Assembly: GCA_036172245.1 (NCBI GenBank) | Contig: JAYWIR010000029.1 | Coordinates: forward strand, 186,001-250,000 | Source: Raillietiella orientalis | Taxonomy: Eukaryota | Reading direction: 5' to 3' | DNA length: 64,000 bases | Shown: piece after piece, positions 1-15,700 of the stretch | Layout: each line of letters begins with the position of its first letter | Numbering within the stretch: position 1 is the stretch's first letter | Notes under the pieces: generated by a model | The model's input: the letters and a program-made list of their open reading frames with translations, nothing else | Told to the model about the DNA's origin: nothing | Databases searched by the model: none | Position numbers and translations under genes: made by a program

Positions 1-1620
1 AGAGAAGGGACTCTTTCCGAAGATGTTTGACTTTCAATCTTGTGGGATGCCCGGTCTCTATTCCATGTGTCTCTTTTTTGTTCACCATAGGTCCCATCCG
101 CTGACTTCAACCGTCCTTTCGCGTTCAGATGGACTCCTAGCGACTCTTCCGGATTTTTTTCCTCGAAGGAAACCAGCTTCTACTTTCAGTCATTCAGAGA
201 GGACTCTCGACAGTGAGGCTCGACCCTTAATGAGGCTCGACGGAACGATGAACGCTTGCTCGCCTGCGGTGTGTGAGTCCTTGTACCCGCCAGCATACAG
301 GAATCTACAGCACACGGCTCATGAAGAGATGATGCGTATGCATATACGAATTTTCCGCCTCCTTGTTTCTTAGGGAAAGTCATCTCCAGCCAACGATTCA
401 GATGCACATTGGATTTAGAATAGTTAACGAGAGTGAAAATGAGTTCTAGGATCTGATTCTAAGCAAGTGACACGGCCGTGACACCGAAGCATGGCAGACT
501 GCAAACGTTTCTTTGCAAGCATGATGGTGGTTCCGATGCTTATCAGCGATGGAATATCGAATGAGCTTTTCGTTATCTCGACGAAAGTTGCAGTTTTTCG
601 TTTGCATTTTTTTGGGGGGGAGCCTCTCGTTTCTCGTACGTTCTTCTCTTTGTTTCTTTGCACTGTGACGGGAAGGTGGTTAACAGCATCACCTATCAGA
701 CAGAGTAAAGAATGTTCTGGAATAACCGAACAATGATATTCCACGCCGTATGGGATGAAGTATCGAAAGGAGAACACAGACAGTGAATTCTAAACCTCCT
801 TGTTCCTCTTCTTGCAGTAGTTCCTGGCTCATTCTGCAAACGCGAGCTCTCCGGATTCATCCTAGAACAGGAGGCAAACACTTCATTGATGAATCCTCAG
901 TCGAACCAGAAGTCATTAATTCCACTTCTTTCGAGCTCGACGTTGACAAGCAACTCTGGCAGTCGATACGAAAACCGGAAAAAATTTTCAGGCACCTTCA
1001 TGTGTCTCCCGGAAAAGTCCTCGAGAGTGAAGTTTCTCCCATGAGTTTTGGGATACATTGGTTCCTTTAAAGTGTTAGAGGCCATGGTCGTTCCTGCTAA
1101 ATGTGTAGAGGCTCTGCAGGTTTTGAGCACCACATGCACACACAGTTACAAGGAAAGCGTTTGGAAACAGTGGAGCCCTCGTGTCAGCATCTGTTATCTC
1201 AGCTCTGCGAGCTTCACAAAAATACTTGCACGCTCATGATGAGTGGACCTTCGGGTGAAAACCATTATCAAAGCGGGTGTCGAATCATCCTTGACTTCAC
1301 CAGAGTGTCCTCAGTATCACCTTTGCGTTTCCCGAGCACAACGACCTGAGTGGTGCGCGTTCTTACAAACAAATGACGCACTCACGAAGCCGTTCGGTCT
1401 AACAGTGAACTGCCCGCATAAATCTTTTCCATGTCTCCTCACTGAGTCTGCCGAAAAATCCGTGCGAAGCAATACATCAGCTCAAAGCGACCTCGCAATA
1501 CCATACATACCCAACTAACACAGCACAGCACGGACTTCATACGAGGATGCAGTGGTTTCTCCATGAAATGAAACCGTGATGAAACGCAGCATCTTCCGGT
1601 CCATGCAAAGGACAGTTGCT
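1..1620 (-). CDS. Probable multi-exon protein-coding gene of unknown product, running off the left edge; exon structure only partly resolved
   Basis: Minus-strand splice-like sites bound short open segments, e.g. exon 1447-1386 (acceptor tttttcggcag, donor gtgagt) and an acceptor ccactcag at ~1346. Open stretches include LKEPMYPKTHGRNFTLEDFSGRHMKVPENFFRFSYRLPELLVNVELE and EKLIRYSIADK. Only weak cadherin-like motif hints (DADTRAPLF, IRYSI), so no family is assigned. Confidence 0.3.
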
Positions 1621-4600
1621 GTGGGAACTCCAGAATTCGATTTTCCACATTATCGACCTCAAGAGGACGAAGCGAACTGGCTTGTGAGCGCAGCATTGAA
1701 TTTCTGTCTTAAATTGTGCTCTAAATCTTGTTTTTCCCCTGCATGCTTAGCGTGCAACCTTCCCACCTATCTTCCTCCCTTTCATAATATTCTCGAGAGC
1801 CTCAGTATCCCGTTTCACATTTTCATTAAAATATTCATTTCACTGTGTAAAAATGCACAACACAACATTCGCCATAGCGAAACTTAAATGGTGGAATGTA
1901 AGCTTAATGATCGGCCGTACGGAAATCGGAGATGCAACGGGATCTCCGATGAAATATGAGGGACATTTCAGAATACGTTCTTTGCAAGCAAATTAAAGAC
2001 GCAAAAGTGTAGAAAAAAAAAAAAAAAAAAAAGGAATCTGCTGAATAGTTCTTAAGACAAAGGAAAAAGATATGAGAAAGGAAAGGATTGTCACAGAGGA
2101 AAGAACACGAATTGCGAGAACTCCCCAGCAGGAGATGGTGACGAGCAAACAGGCAATTCATCCAATTGCAAAGTTTTGCCTTTCCAGTCTTGCAATTCAT
2201 CTCTAACACATCTGCCATAAAAATAAACTGTAGTGAAACTGCTATTAACTATTTCAGCAGCACCGATTCTATAATATTATAATGGTGCCGAATGTTTGCA
2301 CCATGCTGATTTCAAAACCCAGTTACGAATTCTGGTTTCATGCCTTTTAATTCCGTTTTGAAAATCGTCCTCTCCATTGGCATGCATGAAAATCTTTAAC
2401 ATTAGTTAGGAGCTTTTAATGCATTTGATGTGGAATCTCAGTCTGAAAATCTAATGGAAACATTGGTTTCCAAAATATTCAATTGTATTGGCAAATTATT
2501 TAAATTTTCTAGATAAGAAGTAACATTCTTATGAAAGCAATCCAATATTGTTTGGCTGTGGGAAACTTCATCCAGAATATCCTTAGAATAACTGGAGTGA
2601 ACAATAAATTTGCAGCTTCCCAGCTCCGCATTGTGCTGACATTTGAAAACAGGAAAAAGCAGTCTTCCTCTTCCTCTCAGGGGATATCGGGGAACTATCA
2701 AGAACCAACTTCTTGGAAAGAACAAGATATCATCAGTAAATGTTGCAAATAACTATCCTATCAATGTAGAACGTCATGAGGAAAACGGAAAAGTCATTCT
2801 CACTCACCCATGAGGAACAGCCTCCTACTGTTTCTGAGAAAACGCGTTTACCTCAACTACAGAAATTCGTTTTATCTGTAGAAATAATGCATACGTGAAT
2901 ATGATTGTATTTTCCAGAAAGAAAACATTTGAGTACTGAGGATCTCTATTCGTGCAATATTTCTCATCTTCTTTATCAGTAGCAGAACTTATCTGCTGCA
3001 GACGGCGCATCAGTTTTCGTAATGAATGCATATTGCAGTGCAGGTTAAGAACTTCTATGCATGGGATACGATTCGATTATAAATACCAAAAACAAAATGC
3101 GTATCGATAAGAATGATTAAAAAAAAAAAGGTAGAAGAGCGATAATCCTGGACAGATTCTTGAAGGATGGAAGCGAAATATGACCTTTCCGTAAAGAAGC
3201 AAATTGAGATTTCATTTCATTTCCTGGAAAAGGAAACAGGATCGATGAAAAATTGGTGCAAAAGAATGAGATAGTAAAAATGCTTTAGGCGCTATAAAAG
3301 AAGCAAATAGAAAAAATAGAAAACAGCTTAGAAAGAAGAAAGAAATCTTAGAGAGAAGCATATAGCATCTCCTCAAAAAACACAACGTGTAAAAGTTACT
3401 AAAAGAAAAATGAATTCTTTCGGAATACAGAAATGAAGGTCCAAGTTTGTATCAACTGTTCATCGGAAGAATGGACAGAAATGTCTAAACCCAAATTAGA
3501 TGACAATGGATTTAATTCATTATATAGCAAGCATCATTTATGGGCAGTTGACAATAGTAGAGGCTATAAATGATGAACTGGAGGAAAAGATGGGCATTCT
3601 GTAATCTTTTATCGTGATAATCTTTCTATAATCAACAAATATGACCAGATAACTTGTCCTTACAAGTAATCTAGTATATTACACACATATTTAGGCTATT
3701 TAAGTACTCACTCAGCAAGAAATACCTTATTTATAAAATGTCACGTTGAAGTAATCAAAGAGTATGAGCTTGCTTCTGCATAATCTTGCATATGAACATA
3801 AAATTTAACCTTAACTAGAAACGAAACTTGCTCTAAATTGCCTCTACAAAGTTCTGTCAGTGTGAAATCCAACAGTTGTAGATAATATAAAAAATTCCAC
3901 GTTATTTCTTTTTTGACTTCTTACATTAACACGATTTATGGCTATTCCTAAACGGATCTGCTGAAAAATAAAAAGTGCACCAGTAGAAAGTCTTTAGGGA
4001 TTCATTTTGTATGCATTTTTATGAATAAACAAGCATGTTGTAGGTCAAAAAAAAAAAAAATCTTCAAAGATCTATCCTTTCTTCTAAGATTGATGCTCAT
4101 ACATGTTATGTAATATATACGAACATTACATTAAAAAGTGGTTTTCTAGCGATGCTTAGAAATTCATGCAAGATTCCCTCTTGCTTAGAAAACACAAGAA
4201 GTATTCCGAAATATATGAACATTGGAAAGGATATTTGCAAGAACAGAGATTTGTAATTTACTGCTTTTTGAAGCAAATAACTGTTTCGTTTCTAAACTGT
4301 TTCATGAATTATGAGGTACATTCGAGACAACAAAAGCATCGAAGAGGTGAGATGCCTGTAGTATGCTGTTTTCTCCTGATGGTGCCCAGTGCCTCTTCCA
4401 CGCTAAAACCAGTGTATAATAAAGTCATATTTGATGTGTCCTCAGAGGACAATTTGTACATCATACATTTCATATACAACCACCACGATGCAATACCACA
4501 CAATCTCCTTTGCTTATTTACCTGTATCTTTTAAGTGCGCTATAGAACGCAGCAAACAAAACAGCTAAGATGAGTTAACTGAAGGGATGTTCCTTTTCTC

Positions 4601-6757
4601 ACTAACGAAATCGAATTTCGAAGTTTTTTTCGTTTCATTCATTCAGGTGATTCACTTCTTGAAACATGAAATACAGCTTACATATTCAGAAGCTTTAAGA
4701 TACATCGATTCTATGCAGAAGTTGCTGAATATCCACTTTTTTCAAAAAAACGTTATAGCTTGATTTAAGTACGATGGGCCATTTGCCATTCTTTTCACAT
4801 TGCAAACTTGACCTTTCGTGACTTGTCCATCCCTGAACGAGTAGCGTGTTACAGGCTAGAGAGACGCATTTATGTACTCATAGATTCGGTATTTACTACA
4901 CCTTAAACTATTTATTACAGGGAGATTTCATATTTCCCATGGAGCTTCAGGTGACTTCTATATACTCTTTTAATTTGTAAATGAGCAGACTGAATCACGT
5001 GTTTTCCGATTATCCAGGATTTCATAGATTCTGACCCAAGTCCATTCAAATGCTTGCATTTATGTAACTGTAACGAAGTATTTTGTTGGGGATCTTTCTG
5101 AAGGAGTAGTTCTATCAAATTTCGTGTATCCTCACGTGATATAAACCTTTTGATTGGATGCATCCATTATGGGAGCTTTGGAAACTTTGTGCACATGAAT
5201 TTATATGAATACATCTTTTTATTTTGCATTTACCTTATGCATACGTTTATATTATCCAGAAATGAAGTGTTTGCACAAATGTGTCTGTGCACCCATTCAT
5301 GAGCATGAATTTATTAATATCATCATAGGGATATTTACATCGATAGTCATTTTGTTTTTTTTCATACAATTTTATAGTATATGTTGATAACACTTCTTAC
5401 AATGAGAAGATATTTCATATGCAGATTCATAATACCGATCTGTCTGCAGTGCATGCATTATGTGCAACATTTAATATTGGTTTGAATTTAAATTTGGTGT
5501 GTATATTGCAACACACCTACCTCGAAAGCATACACAGAGATAACAGATGTCTGTACTGAAGTAACTGTATAACAAGGAGATTTCAATACATGAAATCTTG
5601 TTATACAGTTTCACGTCACACACACACACCAATTTGCACAAAGTATGTAATTGGTTTTAAAAGGTAAGCGTGAATCCCTTTAGACGGCAACTTTTGGTAC
5701 ATTTTGATAACAGCACGAGAATCTGAGTTCGTAATCAGTTTTTTTTAATAGGAAGAACTTGGAAGTGATTCGAATTGCACACAGCGCTGCGTGATGTGAG
5801 CATCGAAATCGTTCAAATCCTTCGGAGTGGATATCGACGAGTGATCACGCAGAAAAAAAAAATGGGATAAAAAAGGGGTGGGCTCCCAGCCTTTTGGACG
5901 TGGTAAATTGCAAACTTAATTTTGCATCCGTGTTGCATCTGCGTTTACACAGAACTTTCAATGACGCGCATCGTTATCATAACAATCCTGAATCCAGAAA
6001 CAAGATTTAAGTTCACTCCAGGTTTTCCAGAAGTATAGAAAGGATCAGCTGGGTTGGGATGTGTCGTGTTGGTGAACGAAGATAGTGGCCAGTTTTTTTG
6101 CTTTCCTATGTCACATAGGTGTAGATAGAGCGATTCGTCTGTTATTTTCCTGTAATTGACTTGTTGAGAAGTATAAAGTAACGAAAGATACGGAGATATT
6201 ATTACCATGAAAAATGTATCTGCATGTGTTTGTTGCTCGGAACTTGCGAAGCCGTGCTCAGAACTTAAAGAAATGTTACCTTGGTGCAATAATATCCGAA
6301 TGTGATATATGTTGATGCTTTAACAACTGACAGTTATATTTAGTAAGTAATTTACCCTTATTTTCAATGATTTTGAAAAAAACATAACCATTACCATGCA
6401 TTGCTACAAATGAAATTAATTTGAGGTTTTTGAATTCATTCACCAGAAATGGAAAATTGAGCTGCAGATAACGAATGATGAATTTGTTAAACTGTGTATT
6501 TTAGAATTCATGGCAGTTTTGTATTATGATCTCCTGTTATTTAATTGTTTAAAAATAGCGAGGACTTGTCAACTTAGTTTGTCAAGTAATAGAATGTTAT
6601 GTTATTTTTATTAACTGAGCCTGTATATGAATATTAAGGAAAACATATGTGTAATTGTATTTTGGAAATCATATATGTGTTCCATAGCTTTAGTTGCTAT
6701 ATCTTCATTGGGTTTTTTTGATGAGTAGTTCTTTCACATCCATGAAGAGATGGTAAT

Positions 6758-9700
6758 ATGATCAATCCAAGTTCTTCTGAAGAAGAAAGTGAAGAAAATA
6801 ATGTCGAAATTATTGAAAGCAAGGCTCAGCGAACGAAACTTCAAAATACCGTTTTTATTTCTCCTCAGCATTCTGTAAAAACCCAAGATGCTGCCAGTGT
6901 TACTCCAGGGAAATTGGATTTACCGTCGAAAACGTCAATATCAAGGTAGAAAAGAAAGTTTTTTTTTAACAACTGTGGACTATAAAAATTGGAATTATGG
7001 AACTTTGATGACATGTATTAAATGTTTATGTTGTCTTGAAACAATAAGCACATTTTACATGAAACATATTCAATGCATTTTCTTGGTGCCCATTAGCATA
7101 TAGAAATCAGTGCTTGTTTGTTAATTATAACAGTGGAATGTAGCAAATTTTCGCACTCAACATACATTTTAAATGAAATTAATGATATTCGGTTTGAAAG
7201 TTAAAAAGAGAATTGCAGGGGAAGTTTTCAGAGAACTTTCTGGTCCATAAAATAGCTGAACGTTAGGAGTTCAACACAATTTGAAAATAGCATCAAGATC
7301 GTTTTGATAGATTTTTATGCAGTTTTGTACATCGAGTACATCAAGATCAAAAATGGTTTTCACAGTTTGTTAGTCATACTGATTGAGTTATCAAGTACTT
7401 TGCATTTATTCAATTGAACACTGCACTTCAGCCAAATTTGAATGCATTGTTAAGAAGTGTATTTCATTGATTTTCAGTTTCAAAGGAAATTCTTTTTCTA
7501 TCAGAATCTCATTTCCAGGATTCAAAGATGTTCATGAAATTTTTTCAAAAGTATTTTTTTTGTAGTTTGGTCTGATTCTTAATGATTTACATAATGGCTA
7601 TTTTTTGTTTTGTTTTCCCATTTTAGATTTCGAGAACGAAATTTTGTTAATTTAGATCAGTTTTACCATATTATTGCAATCCATGGATTGCAGTAATATG
7701 ATAGAGATTTTTTTCTTCAAGTGGTTTTGTCAATTGTTTTTTTACTTTTCCAACATGTAGGTTTTTCTTTTTCTGTAGTTGAAACCAGTTATTGTATCAT
7801 TTTCTTTGCATCACATACATAGTGTTATATTTATTATTGCTTTCTTTTTATGTATTTCAAGATTCTTGACAAATTCAGTGTTAATATTGAAAATGTTGGA
7901 TGTCAATTTGAGATTCTGTACTATCTTATGGTTTCTCCGATGTTTTGTTGTTTGTGACACATGAAGGAAGTGGAAGTCATATCAAAAGTTTATCAGGGTT
8001 TTAGTGCAGTGCTTGAAAGTATTTTGCCAAAGAGCTTATGAAAAAATAAATTTCTAGAATAAAAATTGAAAGGGTTAATCCTAGAAAGTGTTTTTCAGAT
8101 TATTCAGTAAGGAAAAGAACACATACCAAAGTATTTAAATCAAGTTCAAGAATTCCTCGAAATAGGATTGGGAAGTAGCACAACAGTTCAAATAGAAGCT
8201 AAGGGAAATGTGATAGTTATATGTGACAGTGATAGTTATGTTAATGTGATAGTCATAATTTGTATAGGATTTACTTAGCATAATGTAGAATGACCATACT
8301 TTGGATTGTCGAAGTTAAAATTCATTTTAATTTATCGAGACACAAAGAACTACAAATGTGGACAGGGCAGTTCAGAGTGTTTATCATGTTTGGTTTTCAG
8401 CATTCTCTTAAGTTCAAGGTTCATTTGAGAATGAGTTGAGAACTTGAGGCAGTCAAAACTGCATTTCAAGTTGAATTTCATTTCCAGTCTAGAATTAAAA
8501 ACAAAAGTGCAAACAAGTATATTTAGTTGAAAGAGCAATGATAACTCTAACAAACCAAATCTCTAAACAGAAAACTTTTTAAAAGTAACATAAGAATTAC
8601 AGCTTCTTATTTTGAAAATAATTTATTGAAGGAAATATCCCAAAGTACTGAAAATTGAAACAAAAATGACTGTTAAATTTTTTTAGAATGAATGTAATCA
8701 TTCTAAGATGGAGTTTTAAATTGCACAACTAAATTGTACAAAATCATGAACATTGAAGTTTTTATAAGTAAGTGAGGTCTGGTAGAGGAACTGTTATAAC
8801 ACTGCTATGAAAATGAAGTTATGAAGTTTGTGAGACTTCTTTGCAGTATAAAAGTAGGAATTGAAATATGCGAACAAATAAACGAAACTTTCAATAAGAA
8901 AAGAGCGATCTTTAGGAAGTAGACTTCTTAAAATATGTATCTACTTATTTCAGAGAAATGAGATCCCGATAGCTTTTGTTTGTTCTCCCATGCTCGCAGT
9001 TTAGATAATGTGGTGTTTACTTTAATACAATCCTAATTCGGACCCAGAAATAATCTCCTGGTATTGATTATACACCATTGCATTTTATCTTCAGTGAATA
9101 GTTTCCTGCAAAAATTAGAACAAACATGCTTTTGCTGCAGTATAATTATATTTTAAAATTGTTACCCGCAAAATATGCAATGTATAAACTCGGAAAGTTT
9201 AAAATATAAAATCTTAGTTTCTTAATAATCACAGAGAAAAGGCATTCGTTTTATTATTTGTAGGAAATGTTCTTGCATTTTATGATATTAATTTTGAAAT
9301 AGTGTGCTATTTTTCTTTTGTGGCTCACTTTACTTTTGGTTTTTTACTAATTTTGTAGATGATATGATTTAGAGACTAACACTGCTGCTTCATACACACT
9401 CAGTTGTCTTCTCAGCCTCTTATCTCAGGGTAATATGATTTACATTAAGTTGTTTCTAGTTTCCTTATTGATTTGTGAAATTTCATCCGAATTTTCTGTA
9501 TAAGGTTCCCGTGAGTTGTAGTCTTGCACATCTGTACATGCTTCATGAATAGATTGTACATATCATTAATGGTACCAAGCAGGTTTTGTTCAATTTATTG
9601 TTTCTTGAGTAATTGAAGATTGTAAGTTAATTTATCTCATTTAGATTATGTCTCATATCTGTGCATTTAGGATTTCTCAATAAATTATTGTTTTCACTGG

Positions 9701-12700
9701 GTATGCTTACAGTTTTTTAATTTTGTTTTTAAATGCTTTTTTGATTTTTTCATAGCATGAATACATTCTTCATTGTCTTTTTTTTTCTGATTAAATTCAT
9801 CACATATTAATATCTTAAAAGATTATTTCTGACCCCTTTTGCATATTGTGATGAAATGCTTTAGATGACCTTATCCAAAGATGAGAACAGCAATATTTTT
9901 GGTTTTTAAGATACTGGATGTATTCAGTTTGCTGCAATTGTAGAATTTTTTCATTATTATAATTATGTCTTAATTTTCATTGTTTCATTTTTCTCCCCAG
10001 CATTTGAATAGGCTTTTATTGTGTAAAAGCAAAACTGCTTTTACTATGAAAATTATGGTCAAGTAACACTTAATAGTGCCATCAAATTGTAGTTGTATGA
10101 TAGAACTAACATCTTGCAACATATCATTATTAACAACATAAAAAAAGTTTGCTTGAATTTCAGAAAGTTAAAAAGAAGTTGGAATCCAGTTTTAAGATAT
10201 TTGAAGTACTGTTTATGTAACATTAATATTACTTGATGGAAAGCTCTGTTCAGTTGCTACTTTCGATTTTCTACTGTAGTTGTAAAATCCGAAATTTGGA
10301 TTCTAAAAATCCGTACAATGGCAAAATGGCATAGATTTAATTTTGGATATGTTACTTTTTTTTGACATTTTGGTTTAGAGCATAGAAATAAATGTTGTAG
10401 TGGAAGGTTTATGAAATTTGAATTTTGTTGGTAAAATTTTCGGTTCCTTAAAATTCACATTCATCTTACAATTTCAGCTGTTCTTCACAAGATACACTGA
10501 GTACCATTGGTAATTTGACACAGGATTCCTTCCAGAGACCTGTTTCTCCAACTTCATCCTTAACAAGTGAAAAAGGATTACCTGATTATGATCAAGTATA
10601 TTCATAATTTATTGTGAACTATTTTATTGTACCACAGTGTTACATTCCTTATGTAGTTCCAAGTTGAAAATGTGTGAACAGCACAATCTGTTCATAAATA
10701 TCTATTAAATAACTATTTTATTCAAAACATTTCATTTCATATTTATCTGTCTTCACGACATTTTGTAATATTTTAATTTCAAAATCTGTGGTAATAATAA
10801 AAAAACACCACCTTAATTAATATTAAGGTGGTGTTTTTTTGCATAAAGTTTAACTTCGTAATAATTTTTACTAGATTGAGTAACTTGGTCAATGAGGATC
10901 TGAATCGAGAATTAAGTTCTCTCTCTCATGTTTTAGTCAATACACTGTTGAAGTACCTTCCCACTTCTTTTTTATTTGACTTTTGCTTCAGAATGCATTT
11001 TTTAGAATTTCAAGTTATGGTTTATGTATTTTAATCTATGAAGGCATATTTTTCCTTTTTATTTTTACTGAATTTTGAATAATCGTAATAAACCAGAAAT
11101 GACTTTCATTGAGTAAATCAAATTGAAGCTTCAATCTGTAATGAAAATTTATTTTGTAATCGTAACTTCTGCATCTTTTTTTATGTCCATCTTTTATTAT
11201 GCCATGAAAAATATGCTGTATTTCATCAAATCAATTATGTAATAAAGTCAATGATAAAGTAATTCTCCTGTTGTTTGTAATCTCATCTGATCAGTATTGC
11301 GAATTCTTTTATAAGAACATTTTCTTGCATAAATACTTATTAGTACCTCATGAATGCTCCTGAGTGAATGCTTGGTTATGTTATGAACGGATACAGGAAA
11401 ACTAAACAAAATGAATAATAGGGAACATACAGATTATCCAAGATCAATCAGTTAAAACTGAAATGTATAGCAGATTTATTTTTGTCATTAAAGTTTATTT
11501 GAGATTGTAGAGCCTTAAATATCTGATTGAGTGTGCTCTTTCAAGTAGCCTGTTAAATTGACTCAGTTTTATAAGTTTATAGACACTGATTTTATTAAGT
11601 TGCAGCATGTTAATTTTCTTGGTACTTTCATCAATAATGTATCTACCCTTTTAAGTGTTGAGAAACTAAATTGCACAAATAAAAATATGGAATCTATTAC
11701 TTTTAGAATAAGAAATTGAATCCACTTTCAGCATTAACAAGTTGCTTTCCAGTAGTAGATTTGAATTTCTTCAGTCAGCACATATATGGAAAATAAATTA
11801 TTTGAATTATAATGGTATAATGGAAATGAAAATTTTATTGTAACTTCAAATTTTTAACTGTATGCAGCCATTATGTTCATTGCAATGCTGTACTTTTTTC
11901 ATGTTGATCAGTTGTACAGGTTGTTAAATAAGTCAGATTGAAATTTTCGATGATGCCTTGTTACATTAATGTTATTAAACGGTTATCACATTCAAAAATG
12001 AGTAGAGGGGGAGTGTGTTGGCAAACTGCACAAAGCATCATTTTAAAGCTCCGAAAAAGATTCCGTCAGGAATTGATTTCAATGGCACAGATTTTTTCAG
12101 ATAGCTGTTTATGATGGTATGTTACCAGGAGAATATGCAGAATCAATATGTGTTCTGTCATTTTATGTGAAATCTAAGACTCGGAAAGCAATCTTAAAAT
12201 AAATTTTGCTGTATACAACCATCGTATCTTTACACTTTTTTCCAAAGAGTCATATATTTTTTTAAGCAGAGCAGTTTGCTTTATTTGTTTTATTGAAGGC
12301 TACAAATGAAATATGTACCTGCAAGCATTTTCTTTTCGTAATGATTCATAAGGATCATTTGAGCACCTAATGAGAAATGGTGTTCTTGTTTCTGTCTCTT
12401 TCATTACGTTGGCATTGAAAAATTACATTGTGATTGGTGTTGCGAATTAAGTGACAGAACCACTAAAAATCAAAGAAATGTTTAAAGAAAGTAAGATATG
12501 TTCAGTTGGCTCATTAAAACGAAAATTTCCTCATTTAGGGTTTTTTGAGTTCTTTGTTCATTTTCAATGCAAAATTGGATGCAGTGAACAACAGTTTATT
12601 CTTCAGTTTTCGAAATACCGATTTTGCATATAACTTGTTGACTATGATTTAGGACAAACATGAAAAAGAAGAAAAAGAAAGGAAAATGCGATTACAACTT

Positions 12701-15700
12701 TACGTTTTTGTTCTTCGATGCATAGCATATCCATTCAGTGCCAAACCCACCACGGATTTAACACGCAAACAGCTGAAAGTAACCAAGCAGCACTTAGAGC
12801 AAATCCAAGCCAAATTTGAGGTCAGCACATTACTGAAAGAAACTCATGCTTCTATGTTTCATGTCAGAGTTTTTTTCGTGGCGAAATGCAGATTCCATCT
12901 GACGAAGCATTTCAGAACGTGATTCGAAATTATTATGATGTGTGCCTCAAATCTGATCGCCTTCTTCGCTTTGTGCAGTCTGGGGCCTGCTCCCAAAACG
13001 ACCTTAAAGAGATTTTTCGTAATAGCATAGAAAAGAGAATTAGGCAAGCAGACTCATTTGTTCCTTAGACAACTATTCTCAAATTTTCTGATTATATTAG
13101 ATCACTACCCGAGATGGATGGTCTTAGCAAAGAAACTGTACTTTCTTCTTGGGTTGCCAAATTTGATTGTATTATCAAAGGTAATGTTATCAATTCTCCC
13201 AGGGCAACCTTGGAATCACTTGAAAATTTCTTAATTTGCAATTTTTCTTCAGGAGAAGAAGAGGTTCGGAAACCTGCACGACTACAACCAACTTTAAATA
13301 ATGAACTAGTATTTTCTAAAGAACATCTGTTTGATACTTTCCAAAACATTTTGGGTATCAAGAAGTTTGAGCATCAATTGTTGTATAATGCTATGCAGGT
13401 GTGATGAATTAAAAGAAGTGCACTTTGCAATTTATTGTAATAGCTGGATTCAGCAGATGAACAAGCAGCAGCAATTCGTCGAGAATTGGATGGTCGCATG
13501 CAGAAAGTGGCAGAATTAGAAAAGGTAATTGGGATCTGCTTAATAAGTTGCATTTTATTTGTTGACAGAACCGAAAAGCCATGCCTAAATTTGTTCTAAA
13601 AGAAATGGAATCTATCTATGTTGATGAATTAAAATCATGTATCAGTACGTTAATGGCAAATCTGGAATCCCTGCCTGTATCTAAAGGATCAGCTGAATCG
13701 AAATATGGATTAAAAAATCTCAGGCGCTATAATCACAGGTAGAATTGGGAAGTTTTGAAATGTTGGTTGAACTGTGTTTAGATTGCCATTAACCTTTGTG
13801 ACAGACTTTATGGAAATCTTAGGTTTATATCAGATATGATGAGCAAACAGAATGACTGTAACATCTGGATAATTATATCTCAGATAATCAGATATTTATA
13901 CATCGTTTGTTATTGTTTGCCGAATAATTTGCACATTATCTAGCAAACAATCTACGATTGACCAAAATCTGGATGTATTTCTGCTCTTACTATAGGTGAA
14001 TTATTGATAAAGGAATTTGATATCTGGTTACATGAGATAACAACTATCAACCATTAGAATGCATGTGCGTTTGTCCAGATCCGCTTAGCTTTGTTTTTAT
14101 GCCTTCAAATGAATGAAACTGATTCAAGCATACTTTTGATGTGTGTGTAGATACATGGGTAATGACACCGAATAGTTATTATTAGTGAGTAGGCTTGTAG
14201 ATTTCAGCATTTAGAAATTTAAAATATTACAAGAACAGGTGTATGCTTTTATTATATTCTGATTGCCTTTTAATGGCATAGAAAATAAAAAGTAATTTTG
14301 CTTGAGGTTGACAGAGGAGGATCGCTTTTGCGAAGCTAGTATTAAAATTAAGGAAAGCGAAAAAATAAAGACGGTTCTGTGTTTAACCAGTGACACCGGA
14401 CAACAGTTGCGAAATACAAAAACTAATGTTGCTATTTAACTAAGTCATTGTTCTACACTTTATAAATAAAGTAAATTATTAAGAAAAATATCAAATTTAG
14501 ATATTATATTTGAAGTACACATATGCTCTTTGTGCTATGAAGAAAAGAAAACTGCAGTGCTTCTTCATTATCATTATTTTCCCATAATAAATCGGAAAAA
14601 ATAATGATAACTTACAATAAGAAAATGGATAAATTGAAATAGAATACACGAATGAATTTAAAAATAAACCTTGCAGTTCGAAAAATTAGACCCAATATTC
14701 ATTAAAAATCAAAAAAAAAAATTCATTGAAGTGCATTGCCATTTTTTATCTGCAGGAGTTATTCACAAGATTTATGCAAATATAATTTTACACCATTCTT
14801 GCAAATTTTTGTGCTCTTGATTTGAAGACATGAAACGAGATTAAATAAGAAATGACAAAGGTAAAGGTGTTAAGAACTTAACAGTGATCTGAATGAATAA
14901 AATGCAGTTTTGTTAAAAAAATTAATGATCTGATGAGAAAGTGAAATTGAAATCGCCACAATAATACAAGCCTATTTTTGGCTAAAAATTATTGAATAAC
15001 TAAATGATAACAGAGACATCAGTAATAATGGAAAAAAAATAGTACTTGTGAGATAAAGTATACTATTCATGCTTTGTGGAAGCATATTCCTGAATTGGTA
15101 TTTTGATTTTGCAAAAAGCGTACTTCAAGATCAGACACTTGAAGAAGACCATTTTACACATGACAAGTTATATCAATAAACAATGATTCTGAAAAGGATT
15201 AGGTTGTAAAATTACTAACTCTTCGATTGTAGTTTTAAAACTTCAAATTTTCGAAAGTATGATCGACTTGGTATGATGGAATTTAACACATGTAACCTTG
15301 CTACCATATTTTGCAATCTCGGAAACTGTGCACTTGTGCTTGTATGCCTTCTCAAGCAGTCATCTGATGCTGTGGTTTCCGATACGTAAATGTGCACAAC
15401 TTTTAAAAATATAAATTCTTTTTAAATCACAATCAGCTGTCATTAAACATGCAGTTGATTTAGTCATATAAACGAATTAACAGATTTTTATTATTCTCAT
15501 TGTTGATTAAATGTGCTGGTACTTTAGTTTAGTTTAGTTTGATTTGGTCTTCTTTTTTTTTTTTTTACTGTTCAAACATGCACAGACTGTAAGTTGAGTA
15601 TGGATCACACTTTCAGATATTTTCAGTGAGATTGTACATGAAACATTTTGACCTTATTGATCATTGATTAATGCTTGTGATATTGGGATAGTTGCTCCTT

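Noticed and set aside
2512..2752. Plus-strand peptide LMKAIQYCLAVGNFIQ resembling a formin FH2 motif; other exon-like pieces at 2-6 kb
   Set aside because: No supporting FH2 sequence nearby, and both strands give equally plausible short ORFs, so no gene model could be built.
13805..13822. Possible 18-nt CAPS microexon (RLYGNL)
   Set aside because: Phase-compatible, but the donor (gtttat) is weak and there is no other support.
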